A program made the translations under genes and the position numbers. The notes below the pieces were generated by a model. The model saw only the letters and a program-made list of their open reading frames with translations. It ran no database searches and was not told the DNA's origin. Source: Acetomicrobium thermoterrenum DSM 13490 (lineage in GTDB: Bacteria; Synergistota; Synergistia; Synergistales; Acetomicrobiaceae). Taken from it: a stretch of DNA of 64,000 bases. Positions 9,528-20,158 of the stretch are shown piece by piece; position 1 is the first letter of the stretch, and each line of letters opens with the position of its first letter. The stretch is taken from NCBI RefSeq assembly GCF_900107215.1, contig NZ_FNPD01000006.1:49403-113402 (forward strand), written 5' to 3'.

Positions 9528-10689
9528 CTAATTCCGACAGAGCATTCAAAAAAAACTCTATATCTTCCTCTTCGTTGAAGGGGCCGGGCGAGACCCTCAA
9601 GGCGCCTTCCGGGAAGGTGCCGAGCGTCCTGTGGGCCAGCGGAGCACAGTGCAGCCCCGGACGGGTCTCAATTTTCCACCTGTCGTTAAGCTTAAACGCC
9701 AGCTCGGCGTTATCCCAACCCTTCACGTTAAAGGCGAATACGGGAAGCCTGCCTGCCATAGTCTTCGGCCCATAAAGGATGGCTTCGGGCATGCCCAGCA
9801 GCCCATCTAAAAGTTTCTCGCCGAGGCGGTTGGATTTTTCTGCGATATTTTTTATCCCACGAGCTTCTATCCAATCGATAGCAGCGCTTAACCCAGCTAT
9901 TCCGGGCAAATTAAGGGTGCCGGACTCGAATTTATCGGGTAGTTTATCCGGTTGAACCTCTTCGTGAGAGAAACTTCCCGTCCCCCCCTCTATAACTGGA
10001 GAAACCGCTTCGGCAAAGTCGGGCCTCCACACAATCCCTCCCGTGCCCTGGGGGCCCAGCAGCCCTTTATGCCCCGTAAAACATAAAGCAGCTATGCCCC
10101 TTTTGGACACCGATATAGGCAGATGACCGGCGGTTTGGGCGGCATCTATAACCACAGGAAGGCCGTAATCAATACATGTCCCGCATAAGGCCTCGATATC
10201 CTGAATCGCTCCGCAGACGTTGCTTGCGTGATTTAAGACGATCAAATTTGGTCTGTGTTTTTTTATCTCCTCTTCAAAAAACGAGGGAGATAGGAAACCA
10301 TTTCGGTCGCACCTCATTACGATGACCTTTACGCCCCTTCTCTCCAAGCTTCTGAGGGGCCTTATCACGGCATTGTGCTCCATGGAGGAGGTTAAGACGG
10401 TCATGCCGGGCCTCAAAAATCCCTTTATGACGACGTTTAGAGCTTCCGTAACGTTGGAAGTAAAGGTTACATACCTGGGATCCCGATCCGAATGGCCGTC
10501 AAAAAGGGCCGCAATTTTGGCACGCGCATCGGCGACCAAACCGAGGGTCCTCACGTCTCTGTCGGAAGCGCTTCCCCTGCCAAGATTGGCGCCGGCATTC
10601 AGAATGAAATTCGACATCTCCTCCGCCACCGCCCTTGGTTTCGGCCAACTGGTCGCAGCGTTGTTAAGATATAAGGACACTAACCTCAC
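9508..10689 (-). CDS. Class V aminotransferase / cysteine desulfurase family protein
   Basis: SMEHNAV motif and FTGHKGLLGPQGTGG, which contains the PLP lysine. Length 393 aa. Confidence 0.75.
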   Translation of the reverse strand: MRLVSLYLNNAATSWPKPRAVAEEMSNFILNAGANLGRGSASDRDVRTLGLVADARAKIAALFDGHSDRDPRYVTFTSNVTEALNVVIKGFLRPGMTVLTSSMEHNAVIRPLRSLERRGVKVIVMRCDRNGFLSPSFFEEEIKKHRPNLIVLNHASNVCGAIQDIEALCGTCIDYGLPVVIDAAQTAGHLPISVSKRGIAALCFTGHKGLLGPQGTGGIVWRPDFAEAVSPVIEGGTGSFSHEEVQPDKLPDKFESGTLNLPGIAGLSAAIDWIEARGIKNIAEKSNRLGEKLLDGLLGMPEAILYGPKTMAGRLPVFAFNVKGWDNAELAFKLNDRWKIETRPGLHCAPLAHRTLGTFPEGALRVSPGPFNEEEDIEFFLNALSELVKDSGE

Positions 10690-10706
10690 TCCTCCTGCAG
10701 TAAAAA

Positions 10707-11831
10707 CTAAATATTCTCCAAAACCTTTTTAACTATGAATTCCCCTGCCCTTGGCCTGGCCAAGCCGCCCGCAATATCCGTAAGCCTTTTTCTCTCCGCA
10801 TCGTTTCTGAGGACGGACAATACAGTATGGGCTGTCCTCCGGGGTTCAAATATGGCTTTTGCAGCACCGCGATCGAGCAGATAATCGGAGTTTCTTTGTT
10901 CCTGCCCCGGGATGACTCCACAAAGAAAGAACGGGCGTTTCATGCACAGCACCTCGGAGGTCGATAAACCGCCCGGCTTCATCACGATAGCGTCAGAGGC
11001 AGCATATATGTTCACCATATCCTTGACAAAACCGAATACCTTCACCTTGAAGTTGTCGTAGAACCTCTCCTCCATTGCCTCTCTTAGGTCGTCATTGTTA
11101 CCACAGAGGGTCAAGACTGTGGCTCCATCTATCCGAGACAGAGATTCGACAACATCTTCCAGAGGGCCGACTCCTATACCGCCCCCCATAACTAAAAATA
11201 CCTCGGACTCCTGCGACAGGCCCAACTTGGCACGAGCGGTAGACTTTGTTGGAGGGTCTGCAAAACAGCGCCTCACAGGAATTCCAGAAACGTGAACTTT
11301 GTTCATGTCGATACCGTCTGCTTCGTATTGTAACCTCGCCTCTTCCGAAGCTATAAACCACTCGTCGTAAACATCCTTATCGCGGTGAAAGATATGACTC
11401 AAAAAGTCCGTATTCACCGAAATAATGGGAATTCTCCCCCTGAATTCCTGAGCAACGGCGGAGGCGGCAAAAAAATGGGTGAATATTATCACATCTGGGG
11501 AAAAATCGTATAAAATTTTGAGCAATTTTCTCGCGTTTAACTTTACGGTCAGTTCGTGAAGTCCAATCAGTAGCCCTATAGATCCTTCGGGCGAATCGGT
11601 GGATTCGTAAAAATATCCCCAAATCTGCGGCGCCTTACGAACCATCTCCAGATAGGAGCGAGCATATATTCCTCGAATTAGCGGGTTTACGTAAGCTAGA
11701 GCATCGAGGCATATCGTCTCTACACCGAACATCGAAAACCACTCACACAATGCATTTGCTGCCGTCTTATGCCCCGTCCCAATGGACGAATGTATTATAG
11801 CTGCCCTTCTTTTCTCATTTGTCATAATCAC
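10707..11831 (-). CDS. GT28-family glycosyltransferase (MGDG synthase / UgtP-like diacylglycerol glycosyltransferase)
   Basis: N-terminal IIHSSIGTGHKTAANAL (GxGH motif) and a C-terminal MurG-like domain. Confidence 0.7.
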   Translation of the reverse strand: MIMTNEKRRAAIIHSSIGTGHKTAANALCEWFSMFGVETICLDALAYVNPLIRGIYARSYLEMVRKAPQIWGYFYESTDSPEGSIGLLIGLHELTVKLNARKLLKILYDFSPDVIIFTHFFAASAVAQEFRGRIPIISVNTDFLSHIFHRDKDVYDEWFIASEEARLQYEADGIDMNKVHVSGIPVRRCFADPPTKSTARAKLGLSQESEVFLVMGGGIGVGPLEDVVESLSRIDGATVLTLCGNNDDLREAMEERFYDNFKVKVFGFVKDMVNIYAASDAIVMKPGGLSTSEVLCMKRPFFLCGVIPGQEQRNSDYLLDRGAAKAIFEPRRTAHTVLSVLRNDAERKRLTDIAGGLARPRAGEFIVKKVLENI

Positions 11832-12865
11832 TTTCGCTCCTCGCTTTGCTTCAGCTTATTTTTAAGCATATCTCCCAGAGTCATGGAAATGGGCGTCTCC
11901 TGCTCTGAAATCAATTTGATCGCCGAGATAATGGAATCGCAAATCTGCTCAAGGGAATAATGGGAAGGGAAGTAGAGGGCAGCTGCATCGCCGTGACCAC
12001 CTCCATGGATCTTTTTGCCATCGCGCAACATCCCCGTTATCTTTCCCGCCAATCCCGTCCTGCTCCTAAGGGAAACGGCCCACTCGCCCGTGACCTTTTT
12101 ATTCGCAACGGCGACCATTTTTGGGGGATCCTCGCTCCTATCCAAAATTAGGCCGCAAAAATCGGAGACATCCCCAAACTGCAACAGTTCGGGACCTACG
12201 GCCACAAGATCGTCTCCAAAACGTTTTACCCTTTCTAGAGCCGTTGCGAACCGCTCTTCCTGATCCCTGACGAAAGTCACGGTCGCCTCGTACTCTCCTT
12301 CTGAGAGGGATGAGGAAGGATTGGCTATAAGCCTGCCTAAAACGCTCCAGGGTCCGCACATCGTGATCAACGCCTGCCAAAGCCTGCTTTCGGGAATCTG
12401 TCCCAGCCAAAGATCCCTGTCGTTTGCTACTTCAACTATGTCAGAAAGCGGCAAGAGGCGTTCCTCTACGTTTTTTGGAAGTTCAAGTGACATGAGCCAA
12501 TTATAGTAAACCTTGGCAGCACAACACGATGTATCTATCTTCAGCCAGGGCCTGTTGCCCCAGCGTTCCAGAGTGGTCTTGTGGTGATCAAAACATATTG
12601 GCGAACCTCCGTCGAAAAAGTTGTCTATTAAATCGATCGTCTCCCTCCTCTGGCAGAATAAATCCAAAACGACAAGGCTTCTTCCCGACTTCACCGAATC
12701 GAAGATAACGTTGTCCACATCCCCATATCCTATTAAATAAATCTGCAGGGGGGAGTTATCCGGATAGAGGGCATGCCAGGCCACGGCAGCGGCCACTACG
12801 CCGTCGAGGTCTGTATGGCTTATTATATTAATCAAAGGCCTCATCAAAATAAACTGCACCTCCAA
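11828..12865 (-). CDS. DHH/DHHA1 phosphoesterase (NrnA-like nanoRNase / pAp phosphatase)
   Basis: DHH motif (ICFDHHKT), GGGHGDAAA DHHA1 motif and N-terminal SHTDLDG. Start could instead be the MRPL codon at 12844. Confidence 0.75.
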   Translation of the reverse strand: MEVQFILMRPLINIISHTDLDGVVAAAVAWHALYPDNSPLQIYLIGYGDVDNVIFDSVKSGRSLVVLDLFCQRRETIDLIDNFFDGGSPICFDHHKTTLERWGNRPWLKIDTSCCAAKVYYNWLMSLELPKNVEERLLPLSDIVEVANDRDLWLGQIPESRLWQALITMCGPWSVLGRLIANPSSSLSEGEYEATVTFVRDQEERFATALERVKRFGDDLVAVGPELLQFGDVSDFCGLILDRSEDPPKMVAVANKKVTGEWAVSLRSRTGLAGKITGMLRDGKKIHGGGHGDAAALYFPSHYSLEQICDSIISAIKLISEQETPISMTLGDMLKNKLKQSEERK

Positions 12866-12886
12866 TATTTGAAAGGGGTGATTTGC

Positions 12887-13687
12887 ATGTGTCTTAAAAA
12901 ACTCATATCACGCAGTATAGAGCTTAATATAAAACGTCCCGACCGTCACGAAAATATGATCAAAAGAAGAAGAGACTTCCCTTTGATAATTATAGGTGAT
13001 CTCCACGGAGAGCGCGATTCCCTGAAAGAAATCTTAGAGATAACAAGCGACGAAAGAGATTCCCTTTTTCTATTTCTAGGGGATTACGTGGACAGGGGTC
13101 CAGATTGTATGGGCTTACTTGAAGACATCATCAACTTTCAAATAAACAACGGAGAAAGAGTGATATTGCTTCGAGGCAACCACGAAGATTGGGATATGAA
13201 TATACGCTATTCCTTCGCCAGCGAATTAATAGCCAAAGGCTACGAAGGGGTAATCGAAGATATTCTCTCCTGGTACGAGTCTCTGCCCTTAATTGCCCTT
13301 TTCGATGACGTTGTCGCTTTACACGGTGGCGTCCCAAAACCGATTCCCTCAAATATAGACGACCTTTCCGGAATAAGGGCCACCGATCCTTTGGGGATGC
13401 AAATTTTGTGGAACGACCCTCTGGACGAAGGCTATTGGCCCCGCGGAGGAGGGACAAAACCCTTTACCGCCGAAGATTTGGAAGCTTTTTTGAAGCTAAC
13501 AGGCGCGAAACTCCTGATAAGGGGACACCAATACGTACCTAACAGAGGGTATAAGTTTAATTTCGACAACAGATGTATGACCATCTTTTCCGCAAGCTAC
13601 GGGTACGGTTGGCCCAGATGCTTTGTTTATCTTCCTCCTTGCGATTTCAACGTAGGCGATGTGGAAAAATACATCATCCGGATATAA
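12887..13687 (+). CDS. PPP-family metallophosphoesterase (Ser/Thr phosphatase-like)
   Basis: GDLHG, GDYVDRG and GNHE motifs. ATG at 12887 has GAAAGGGG Shine-Dalgarno 8 nt upstream. The ORF-track start at 12773 would overlap the divergent DHH gene. Confidence 0.75.
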   Translation: MCLKKLISRSIELNIKRPDRHENMIKRRRDFPLIIIGDLHGERDSLKEILEITSDERDSLFLFLGDYVDRGPDCMGLLEDIINFQINNGERVILLRGNHEDWDMNIRYSFASELIAKGYEGVIEDILSWYESLPLIALFDDVVALHGGVPKPIPSNIDDLSGIRATDPLGMQILWNDPLDEGYWPRGGGTKPFTAEDLEAFLKLTGAKLLIRGHQYVPNRGYKFNFDNRCMTIFSASYGYGWPRCFVYLPPCDFNVGDVEKYIIRI

Positions 13688-13989
13688 GGATTCCCATATT
13701 TATTCACTATGGTGTGATCAATTAGCCAGTAAAGTTTCGATAACTTCGCAAAAAAACTTATACACAGTCGGTGAATAACCTGTGGATAACTACATAATCG
13801 CGCTCACTCACTATAAATTATATATTTCACTAAATTGGTTTTAATAATCGAAATCCCGTGGTTAACGCACAATTAAGAAAAAAGTTATCCACATATTTGG
13901 TCAATAACTTGTGTATATGTGGATAACTTTTGTGGAAAATATGTGGTAATATTTAGAATAACCTGTGGATAACCAAGGGGGGCCTTTTT
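13688..13989. other. oriC part 1: DnaA-box cluster upstream of dnaA
   Basis: Perfect TTATCCACA or its complement at 13781-13789, 13885-13893, 13918-13926 and 13964-13972. One- or two-mismatch boxes at 13758-66, 13770-78, 13931-39 and 13942-50. Confidence 0.85.
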
Positions 13990-15330
13990 GTGGACGACAA
14001 GTTAAACGATACGTGGAAAGACATTCTTTCGATAGCTCGTGAAAAACTCCCTCAGGGGGCTACTGAAATATGGCTTAAGACCTGTTTACCCATTTCCCTT
14101 GACAGAGGAAAACTAGTCCTCGATGTTCCTAACGTTTTCGTAAAGGAACAAATTCAATCTCGCTTCTTGAGCGGGCTTAAAGATCTCGTGGCCGACAGGG
14201 GTATTGCCAGGGAAGTTGAGCTGGTAGTGGGAACGGAGGTGCGCGATGGAGAACAAAAGAGAGCTGAAAATGCCTTAAAACAACCACCACCTCCGAATCC
14301 CGACGGACTCAACCCTAACTATTATTTCGATACCTTCGTAGTAGGGAAATCCAACAGATTAGCCCATGCCGCAAGCCTTGCCGTGGCCGAATCTCCTGGA
14401 GTAGCCTACAATCCCTTATTCATCTGGGGAGGCGTGGGTCTTGGGAAAACTCACCTGATGCATGCCATAGGTCATTACGTATTGGAACACCTGCCGGGCG
14501 CACGTGTAGTTTATGCCAGTTCCGAAAAATTCACTAATGAACTGATATCGGCTATACAAAACAACAAGACACAGGAATTCAAGGCCAAGTTTCGGAATGT
14601 GGATATCCTCTTGATAGACGATATACAGTTTTTGGCCAACAAAGAGAGCACCCAGGAGGAGTTTTTTCACACCTTCAACAGCTTGCACAACGCAAAAAGA
14701 CAGATCGTTTTAAGTTCTGACAGGCCTCCCAAGGAAATTCAGAGTATAGAACAGAGGCTGGTCTCCCGATTTGAATGGGGACTTGTAACGGACATACAAC
14801 CTCCCGATCTGGAAACTAGAATAGCGATACTTCAAAAGAAGGCGGAATTTAGAGGATATGACATCCCCGAGGACGTCGTCTATTTTCTGGCTCAAAACAT
14901 CCCCAGCAACATAAGGGAGCTAGAAGGAGCTTTGAACCGAATAATAGCGTGCTCTCAACTTAACATGGAACCGATAACGGTGGAAAATGCCACGGAGTGG
15001 CTGAAGGACATAATAAAAATACAACAACAGGGGCCTATATCGGTCGATCTCATTCAGGATGCCGTCGCTTCCTACTTTGGCTTCGACGTTGAGGACCTGA
15101 AAAGCTCAAAAAGAACTGCCGATATTGCCTTGGCAAGACAGGTAGCCATGTATTTATCCAGAGAATTGACTGAGTCCAGCTTACAACAGATTGGTATAGC
15201 CTTCAACAAGAAGGATCATACGACCGTCCTTCATGCCTGTAGGAAGATTGAGGAGATGATGAAGGAAGATTTGAAGATGAAAAAGATTGTGGATAACTTA
15301 TTGAGTAATTTGCGGTCTAATAGTGGATAA
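13990..15330 (+). CDS. dnaA: Chromosomal replication initiator protein DnaA
   Basis: AAA+ Walker A GVGLGKTHLM, DnaA signature and C-terminal DNA-binding domain. GTG start. Confidence 0.95.
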   Translation: MDDKLNDTWKDILSIAREKLPQGATEIWLKTCLPISLDRGKLVLDVPNVFVKEQIQSRFLSGLKDLVADRGIAREVELVVGTEVRDGEQKRAENALKQPPPPNPDGLNPNYYFDTFVVGKSNRLAHAASLAVAESPGVAYNPLFIWGGVGLGKTHLMHAIGHYVLEHLPGARVVYASSEKFTNELISAIQNNKTQEFKAKFRNVDILLIDDIQFLANKESTQEEFFHTFNSLHNAKRQIVLSSDRPPKEIQSIEQRLVSRFEWGLVTDIQPPDLETRIAILQKKAEFRGYDIPEDVVYFLAQNIPSNIRELEGALNRIIACSQLNMEPITVENATEWLKDIIKIQQQGPISVDLIQDAVASYFGFDVEDLKSSKRTADIALARQVAMYLSRELTESSLQQIGIAFNKKDHTTVLHACRKIEEMMKEDLKMKKIVDNLLSNLRSNSG

Positions 15331-15543
15331 GTTGTCATAAATCCACATATATAATTTTTATTCCAGCTGATATGCGTATATTGTGGATAGATTCCGAGCT
15401 TCTTCGCACGTCTATCCACTGTGGAAAACTCAAGCAGATCGGCCTTGTTCCACGTTATCCACAATATCCACCGCACCTATTACTGTCACTACTATTTTTT
15501 ATATTATTAAAATAAAAGTAATAAATAGGAGGGCCATTGCAAA
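15331..15543. other. oriC part 2: DnaA boxes plus AT-rich DNA unwinding element between dnaA and dnaN
   Basis: Perfect box at 15455-15463, near-boxes at 15322-30, 15382-90 and 15464-72. AT-rich stretch at 15478-15530 lies immediately before the dnaN Shine-Dalgarno. Confidence 0.7.
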
Positions 15544-16698
15544 ATGAGGATAAAAATTGATGACCAAAAATTAATAAGAAGCTGGCAAATCACAGAAAGG
15601 ACCTCCAGAGGACCAAAGACATCGGCTATCCTGTCAGGCATATATGTAAAGGCATATAACAACGACGTTATCTTGATGGCAACGGACCTCAAGACATCCA
15701 TAAAATGTTTAATACACGATGTCACAATTGAGGAAGAAGGAGAATCCATATTTCCAACAAAGGGAGTAGGGGAGATATTAAAAAAGCTATCCCACGGATT
15801 TACTATAGAGGCCACTAACACAAAAGTAACGATTAGACACGAGAAAAACCAATTTAACTTCACAACCTATCCTACGGAGGAATTCCCAAAGCTACCCTCT
15901 TCGGAATCGGCGAAGCTGGTCTGCCGCATAAAATCAAAGGATCTATCCAGATCGATAAGGGAAGGTTCTTTTACGGGTTCAACTAATGAAGAATTTCCTC
16001 AATACCTATCAAGTGCATTAATTGAATTTAAAAGGAACTCCCTCAAGCTAATTGCCACCGATGGCAAAAGACTCTCCCTTTCGGAAGCGGATCTGATGGA
16101 AGGATCGACCGAGGAAGATAGTATCCTAATACCCATCAGAGGGATAAATGAGCTTGAGAGGATACTTTCGACACTGGATGAAGAAAGTCTTATAGAGATA
16201 TTATACGATGACTCCCAATGTTATTTCAGAGGCGATGATATAGAGCTTTCCATTAGAAGGGTCGAATCTCTTTTTCCCCCTTACGATAGAATTATATCCT
16301 CCGACAGGACTACGTGGATGACGATCGATCGTCAGGCGTTGATTGATGCACTTGAGAAAGTAGAGGTAATAGTGAGAGATTTCAATAAAGTTATAATAAT
16401 GGATTTAAAGCCTGCCGGAAATTTGTCAATATCTGCCTTTGCCAAAAACGTTGGAGAGGGCTTCGTCGAAATGGCTGCCGAGGTGGATGGAGAACCTCTG
16501 AAAGTGGGTTTTAACGTCGCCTATTTATTGCAGGGATTAAAGGCCATAGGGGATTCATCGGTAAGGATGAGTTTTAATGGCCCTCACGGGCAAATGAGGT
16601 TGCAAAAAATAAGCAGCGATAATTTCCTTTACATTCTAATGCCTGTAGTGTTGCCCGAAGAGCTGTTAGACGGGGAAGAAGAGGCAGATGTGGTTTAG
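15544..16698 (+). CDS. dnaN: DNA polymerase III beta sliding clamp
   Basis: Three-domain clamp length (384 aa), position directly after dnaA, AGGAGGG Shine-Dalgarno. Confidence 0.9.
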   Translation: MRIKIDDQKLIRSWQITERTSRGPKTSAILSGIYVKAYNNDVILMATDLKTSIKCLIHDVTIEEEGESIFPTKGVGEILKKLSHGFTIEATNTKVTIRHEKNQFNFTTYPTEEFPKLPSSESAKLVCRIKSKDLSRSIREGSFTGSTNEEFPQYLSSALIEFKRNSLKLIATDGKRLSLSEADLMEGSTEEDSILIPIRGINELERILSTLDEESLIEILYDDSQCYFRGDDIELSIRRVESLFPPYDRIISSDRTTWMTIDRQALIDALEKVEVIVRDFNKVIIMDLKPAGNLSISAFAKNVGEGFVEMAAEVDGEPLKVGFNVAYLLQGLKAIGDSSVRMSFNGPHGQMRLQKISSDNFLYILMPVVLPEELLDGEEEADVV

Positions 16699-17752
16699 CC
16701 AGACCTATTGGCTGAATTATAAAAATTTAAAACCAGTGCGAATATCCTGGCATAAAGGCTTAAATGTCGTCGTAGGACCTAATGCATCGGGAAAGACTAA
16801 CACGCTTGAGGCTTTGTCCATGCTTTGCGGTTGGGGTCAGGTTCAGCGGGGAAAGCTAAGGGATCTCGTAAATTGGGATAGCCCCGGCCAGGCAAAGCTT
16901 TATTCGCAATTTGACGGAGAAGAGAACATATCCGTAGTGGTTTCGATACAGGACAAACGAACAATATCGGTTGCAGGAAAACAATGCAGCGCTTCAACGT
17001 TAAGGCTTCATGTTCCCTGTCTATCCTTTTGGAGTGACGACGTTCGGTTGATAGAAGGATCTCCTGCGATCAGAAGGAATTTCTTAAATCACCTCTGTGC
17101 TACTATAGTTCCGCTGTATGCCAGGAGATTATATGACTACAGAAAGCTCCTGCGCCATAAAAATTATATTCTACGGGCGGGCAGATACGACGATGCCGTG
17201 ATTAAAGCTATGGCACCCGTAGCTGCGTGGCTTTGGTCTTACAGGAGAAGCATTGTAGACCTGTTAAAGGTGGGACTTAAGGAGGTATCGTCCCATTTGG
17301 TCGAGTTCGACTTTGAAGTCGACATCGAAGAGGGAAACAAGGATTATTATGAAGATCCCTTAGAGGCTTTTTATGAATCCCTTGCCTTCTTTAAAAAAGA
17401 AGAAATTGCCCGAAAAGTTTCCTTGGTGGGACCCCATAGAGACGATTTGAGAATAACGGTAAAGGGAAGGCCTGCATTTCAGGCCTTAAGCAGAGGGCAG
17501 AGAAGAAAGCTTGCTGTTGCTTTTATGATGGCATCAGCAAAGGTCGTCGAGTATAAGCTGAAAAGAAGTCCTATAATATTATTGGACGAGGTGACGGCCG
17601 AGCTGGATTGGGAAGGTAAAGAGCAGTTGATAAAGGCGCTGGTTGAGAGCAACTGGCAAGTCATAACTGCCACGGCCGATGAACAGTTAGGCTATATTGA
17701 GGATTTTCCGGCAAAGGTTTGGCATATATGTCGAGGAGGTTTATCCGCATAG
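16688..17752 (+). CDS. recF: DNA replication and repair protein RecF
   Basis: Walker A GPNASGKTN and Walker B/D-loop LLDEVTAELD. Start overlaps the dnaN end. Confidence 0.9.
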   Translation: MWFSQTYWLNYKNLKPVRISWHKGLNVVVGPNASGKTNTLEALSMLCGWGQVQRGKLRDLVNWDSPGQAKLYSQFDGEENISVVVSIQDKRTISVAGKQCSASTLRLHVPCLSFWSDDVRLIEGSPAIRRNFLNHLCATIVPLYARRLYDYRKLLRHKNYILRAGRYDDAVIKAMAPVAAWLWSYRRSIVDLLKVGLKEVSSHLVEFDFEVDIEEGNKDYYEDPLEAFYESLAFFKKEEIARKVSLVGPHRDDLRITVKGRPAFQALSRGQRRKLAVAFMMASAKVVEYKLKRSPIILLDEVTAELDWEGKEQLIKALVESNWQVITATADEQLGYIEDFPAKVWHICRGGLSA

Positions 17753-19639
17753 ATGATATATAAGGACGAAAGAAATTTCGATGTTATAGTGGTGGGAGCA
17801 GGGCATGCCGGATGTGAGGCCGCTTTAGTTTCGGCGAGGATGGGGGCGCGAACCCTCCTTCTCAATTTGTATCTGGATAATATTGCATTGATGCCCTGTA
17901 ATCCCTCGATAGGCGGTCCGGCCAAAGGGCATATTACGAGAGAGATAGACGCCTTGGGCGGAGAACAGGCAAAGGCAGCCGATGCCTCTACCATTCATAT
18001 CAGATGGCTGAATACTTCAAAAGGGCCTGCTGTCAGGGCGCTTAGGGTACAGTGTGATTTGTCGGATTACCATAAATACATGAGAAATACCTTGGAGACT
18101 ACAATTAACCTTTATGTCCACCAAGCTCTGGTAACGGACCTTTGGGTGGAGAAGGGAAGGGTTAGAGGAGTAAAGACATGGTTGGGAGAGGAATATTATT
18201 CCCCCTGTGTGATAATAACCACGGGTCCTTATACGAATGGCAGGGTATTTATAGGTTCGCACAGCTTTCCATCGGGGCCATTGGGCCAGATGGCCTCTTT
18301 AGAGTTATCAAACTCATTAAAACGAATAGGTTTCATAATGGGAAGATTGAGAACTGATACCACACCAAGACTTCATGCTGATAGTATAGATTTTACTTCT
18401 TTAACTAAACAGGATTCTGCAGATGAACCATTATGTTTCAGCCACTGGGGGATACCGCGGATCTATAGTGGCTATTCCTGTTATTTAACGAGGTCGACGG
18501 GGAAGACGCATGAGATAATAAAGTACTCTCTTACCCGTTCTCCCCTGGCAAAGGGAGAGATAAATAGTCCCGGGCCCAGATACTGTCCTTCTATTGAAGA
18601 TAAGGTCATGAGGTTTCCTGAGAAGGAATCTCATCCCATATTTTTGGAGCCCACCTGCCGTCATTCGAAGGAAATTTATATGCAAAACTTCTCCACAAGC
18701 TTGCCCTATGATGTGCAGGTGGAAATGGTAAGAAGCGTTCCAGGATGTGAGAGGGCGCACATATTGAGACCGGGATACGCCATCGAATACGATTATTTTC
18801 CTCCGACACAACTTTATCCCTGGCTAGAGACGAAATTGGTAGAGGGGCTTTTCTTTGCAGGACAAATAAACGGCACATCCGGTTATGAGGAGGCGGCAGC
18901 CCAGGGATTGATGGCGGGCATTAATGCCGTACTGAAATTACGAAAAGAAGACCCCATAATACTAGGCAGAGAGGAAGCCTACATAGGCGTACTCATCGAT
19001 GATCTCGTGACCAAAGGGACGGAAGAGCCCTACAGGATGCTCACGAGCAGATGTGAATACAGACTGCTGATGAGACACGACAATGCTGACAAGAGGCTTG
19101 CGCCTATAGGAAGAAGGTTGGGGCTTATAGACGACGATAAATGGAGCCTCTTATTAAAGAAATGGAAGTCCATGGACGAGGAAATCGATCGCCTTAAGGG
19201 TACGAAGATTTATCCATCTTACGAGGTAAATACTTTATTATCTTCCTTAAATCAACCAAAGTTAGAAGAAACCGTAAGCGCTTACGATTTACTCAAAAGG
19301 CCGGGAATTGACTACGATATTTTATATAAAATAGCTCCATTGGAAGAGAGTTTAAACGAAGAAATAAAATCCAGAATAGAGATCGAGGTCAAGTATTCTG
19401 GCTACATAGAAAGACAGACCAGCCTTGCTTCTAAATTGCAAAGGATAGAGCAATTACGCATACCTTTGGATTTAAATTACGACGAAATTAAGGGCCTTTC
19501 TTCCGAGGGAAAGGAGAAACTCAAAAAAATCCTGCCCGGCACTTTGGGGCAGGCAGGTAGAATATCGGGGGTAACGCCTTCCGACCTTCAAATTTTGTGG
19601 ATGTATTTGGAGATGAGGAGTAAAAATAAAGCGTCATGA
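17753..19639 (+). CDS. mnmG: tRNA uridine 5-carboxymethylaminomethyl modification enzyme MnmG (GidA)
   Basis: FAD-binding DVIVVGAGHAGCEAA. 628 aa. Translationally coupled to the recF stop. Confidence 0.95.
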   Translation: MIYKDERNFDVIVVGAGHAGCEAALVSARMGARTLLLNLYLDNIALMPCNPSIGGPAKGHITREIDALGGEQAKAADASTIHIRWLNTSKGPAVRALRVQCDLSDYHKYMRNTLETTINLYVHQALVTDLWVEKGRVRGVKTWLGEEYYSPCVIITTGPYTNGRVFIGSHSFPSGPLGQMASLELSNSLKRIGFIMGRLRTDTTPRLHADSIDFTSLTKQDSADEPLCFSHWGIPRIYSGYSCYLTRSTGKTHEIIKYSLTRSPLAKGEINSPGPRYCPSIEDKVMRFPEKESHPIFLEPTCRHSKEIYMQNFSTSLPYDVQVEMVRSVPGCERAHILRPGYAIEYDYFPPTQLYPWLETKLVEGLFFAGQINGTSGYEEAAAQGLMAGINAVLKLRKEDPIILGREEAYIGVLIDDLVTKGTEEPYRMLTSRCEYRLLMRHDNADKRLAPIGRRLGLIDDDKWSLLLKKWKSMDEEIDRLKGTKIYPSYEVNTLLSSLNQPKLEETVSAYDLLKRPGIDYDILYKIAPLEESLNEEIKSRIEIEVKYSGYIERQTSLASKLQRIEQLRIPLDLNYDEIKGLSSEGKEKLKKILPGTLGQAGRISGVTPSDLQILWMYLEMRSKNKAS

Positions 19640-20124
19640 GGAGGAAAATAAGAGAACCAAAACACATAGCCGAGGTCATTGATAAGGCTTCATCGGTAAA
19701 CCTGAAGAATTTTCTGGAGTTTTATAAAGTAAGCAGTGCATGGCCTGAACTTGCAGGCAGAGTGTCGAGCAGGTCAAGACCTGTTAGTTTGTTAAAGGGA
19801 AAACTGAAGATTGTAGCCGATTCTCCATCTGTGGCTCAGGAAATCATGATGATGTCGGGGAGAATAATTTCCGAAGCCCTCTCCAAGGGCGTTAAGATCG
19901 AGTCGGTCTTGGTTAATATCGGTAGAGTGAAACCTATTGTCGGATCCCGATCTTTGAATGAAGGCAACCGTCACCGGTTTAAGCCGATTTTAAGGGGTTA
20001 CTCGACAGATGATATAGAAAGGGTAAAAAACAGATTCAATCAGAAAGGCCTGCCTAAAGATGTGTTAGATGGACTTTGCAGGCTATATATAGCTTATAAC
20101 AGAAGGTTTAATTCCTTAAAATAA
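19636..20124 (+). CDS. DUF721 (DciA-like) protein, the conserved recF/gyrB-neighbourhood helicase-operator family
   Basis: SAWPELAGRVSSRSRPVSLLKGKLKIVADSPSVAQEI follows the DUF721 pattern (W..i.G.....rP..l..g.L.v.v.s..wa.el). ATGA overlap with mnmG. Confidence 0.6.
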   Translation: MRRKIREPKHIAEVIDKASSVNLKNFLEFYKVSSAWPELAGRVSSRSRPVSLLKGKLKIVADSPSVAQEIMMMSGRIISEALSKGVKIESVLVNIGRVKPIVGSRSLNEGNRHRFKPILRGYSTDDIERVKNRFNQKGLPKDVLDGLCRLYIAYNRRFNSLK

Positions 20125-20158
20125 TTTTAATAATATTAAGAAAAAGAGGTGGCATTTT

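Noticed and set aside
12773-12886. Longer start (12773) for the PPP phosphatase
   Set aside because: It would overlap the divergent DHH gene by about 90 nt. ATG 12887 has a proper Shine-Dalgarno.
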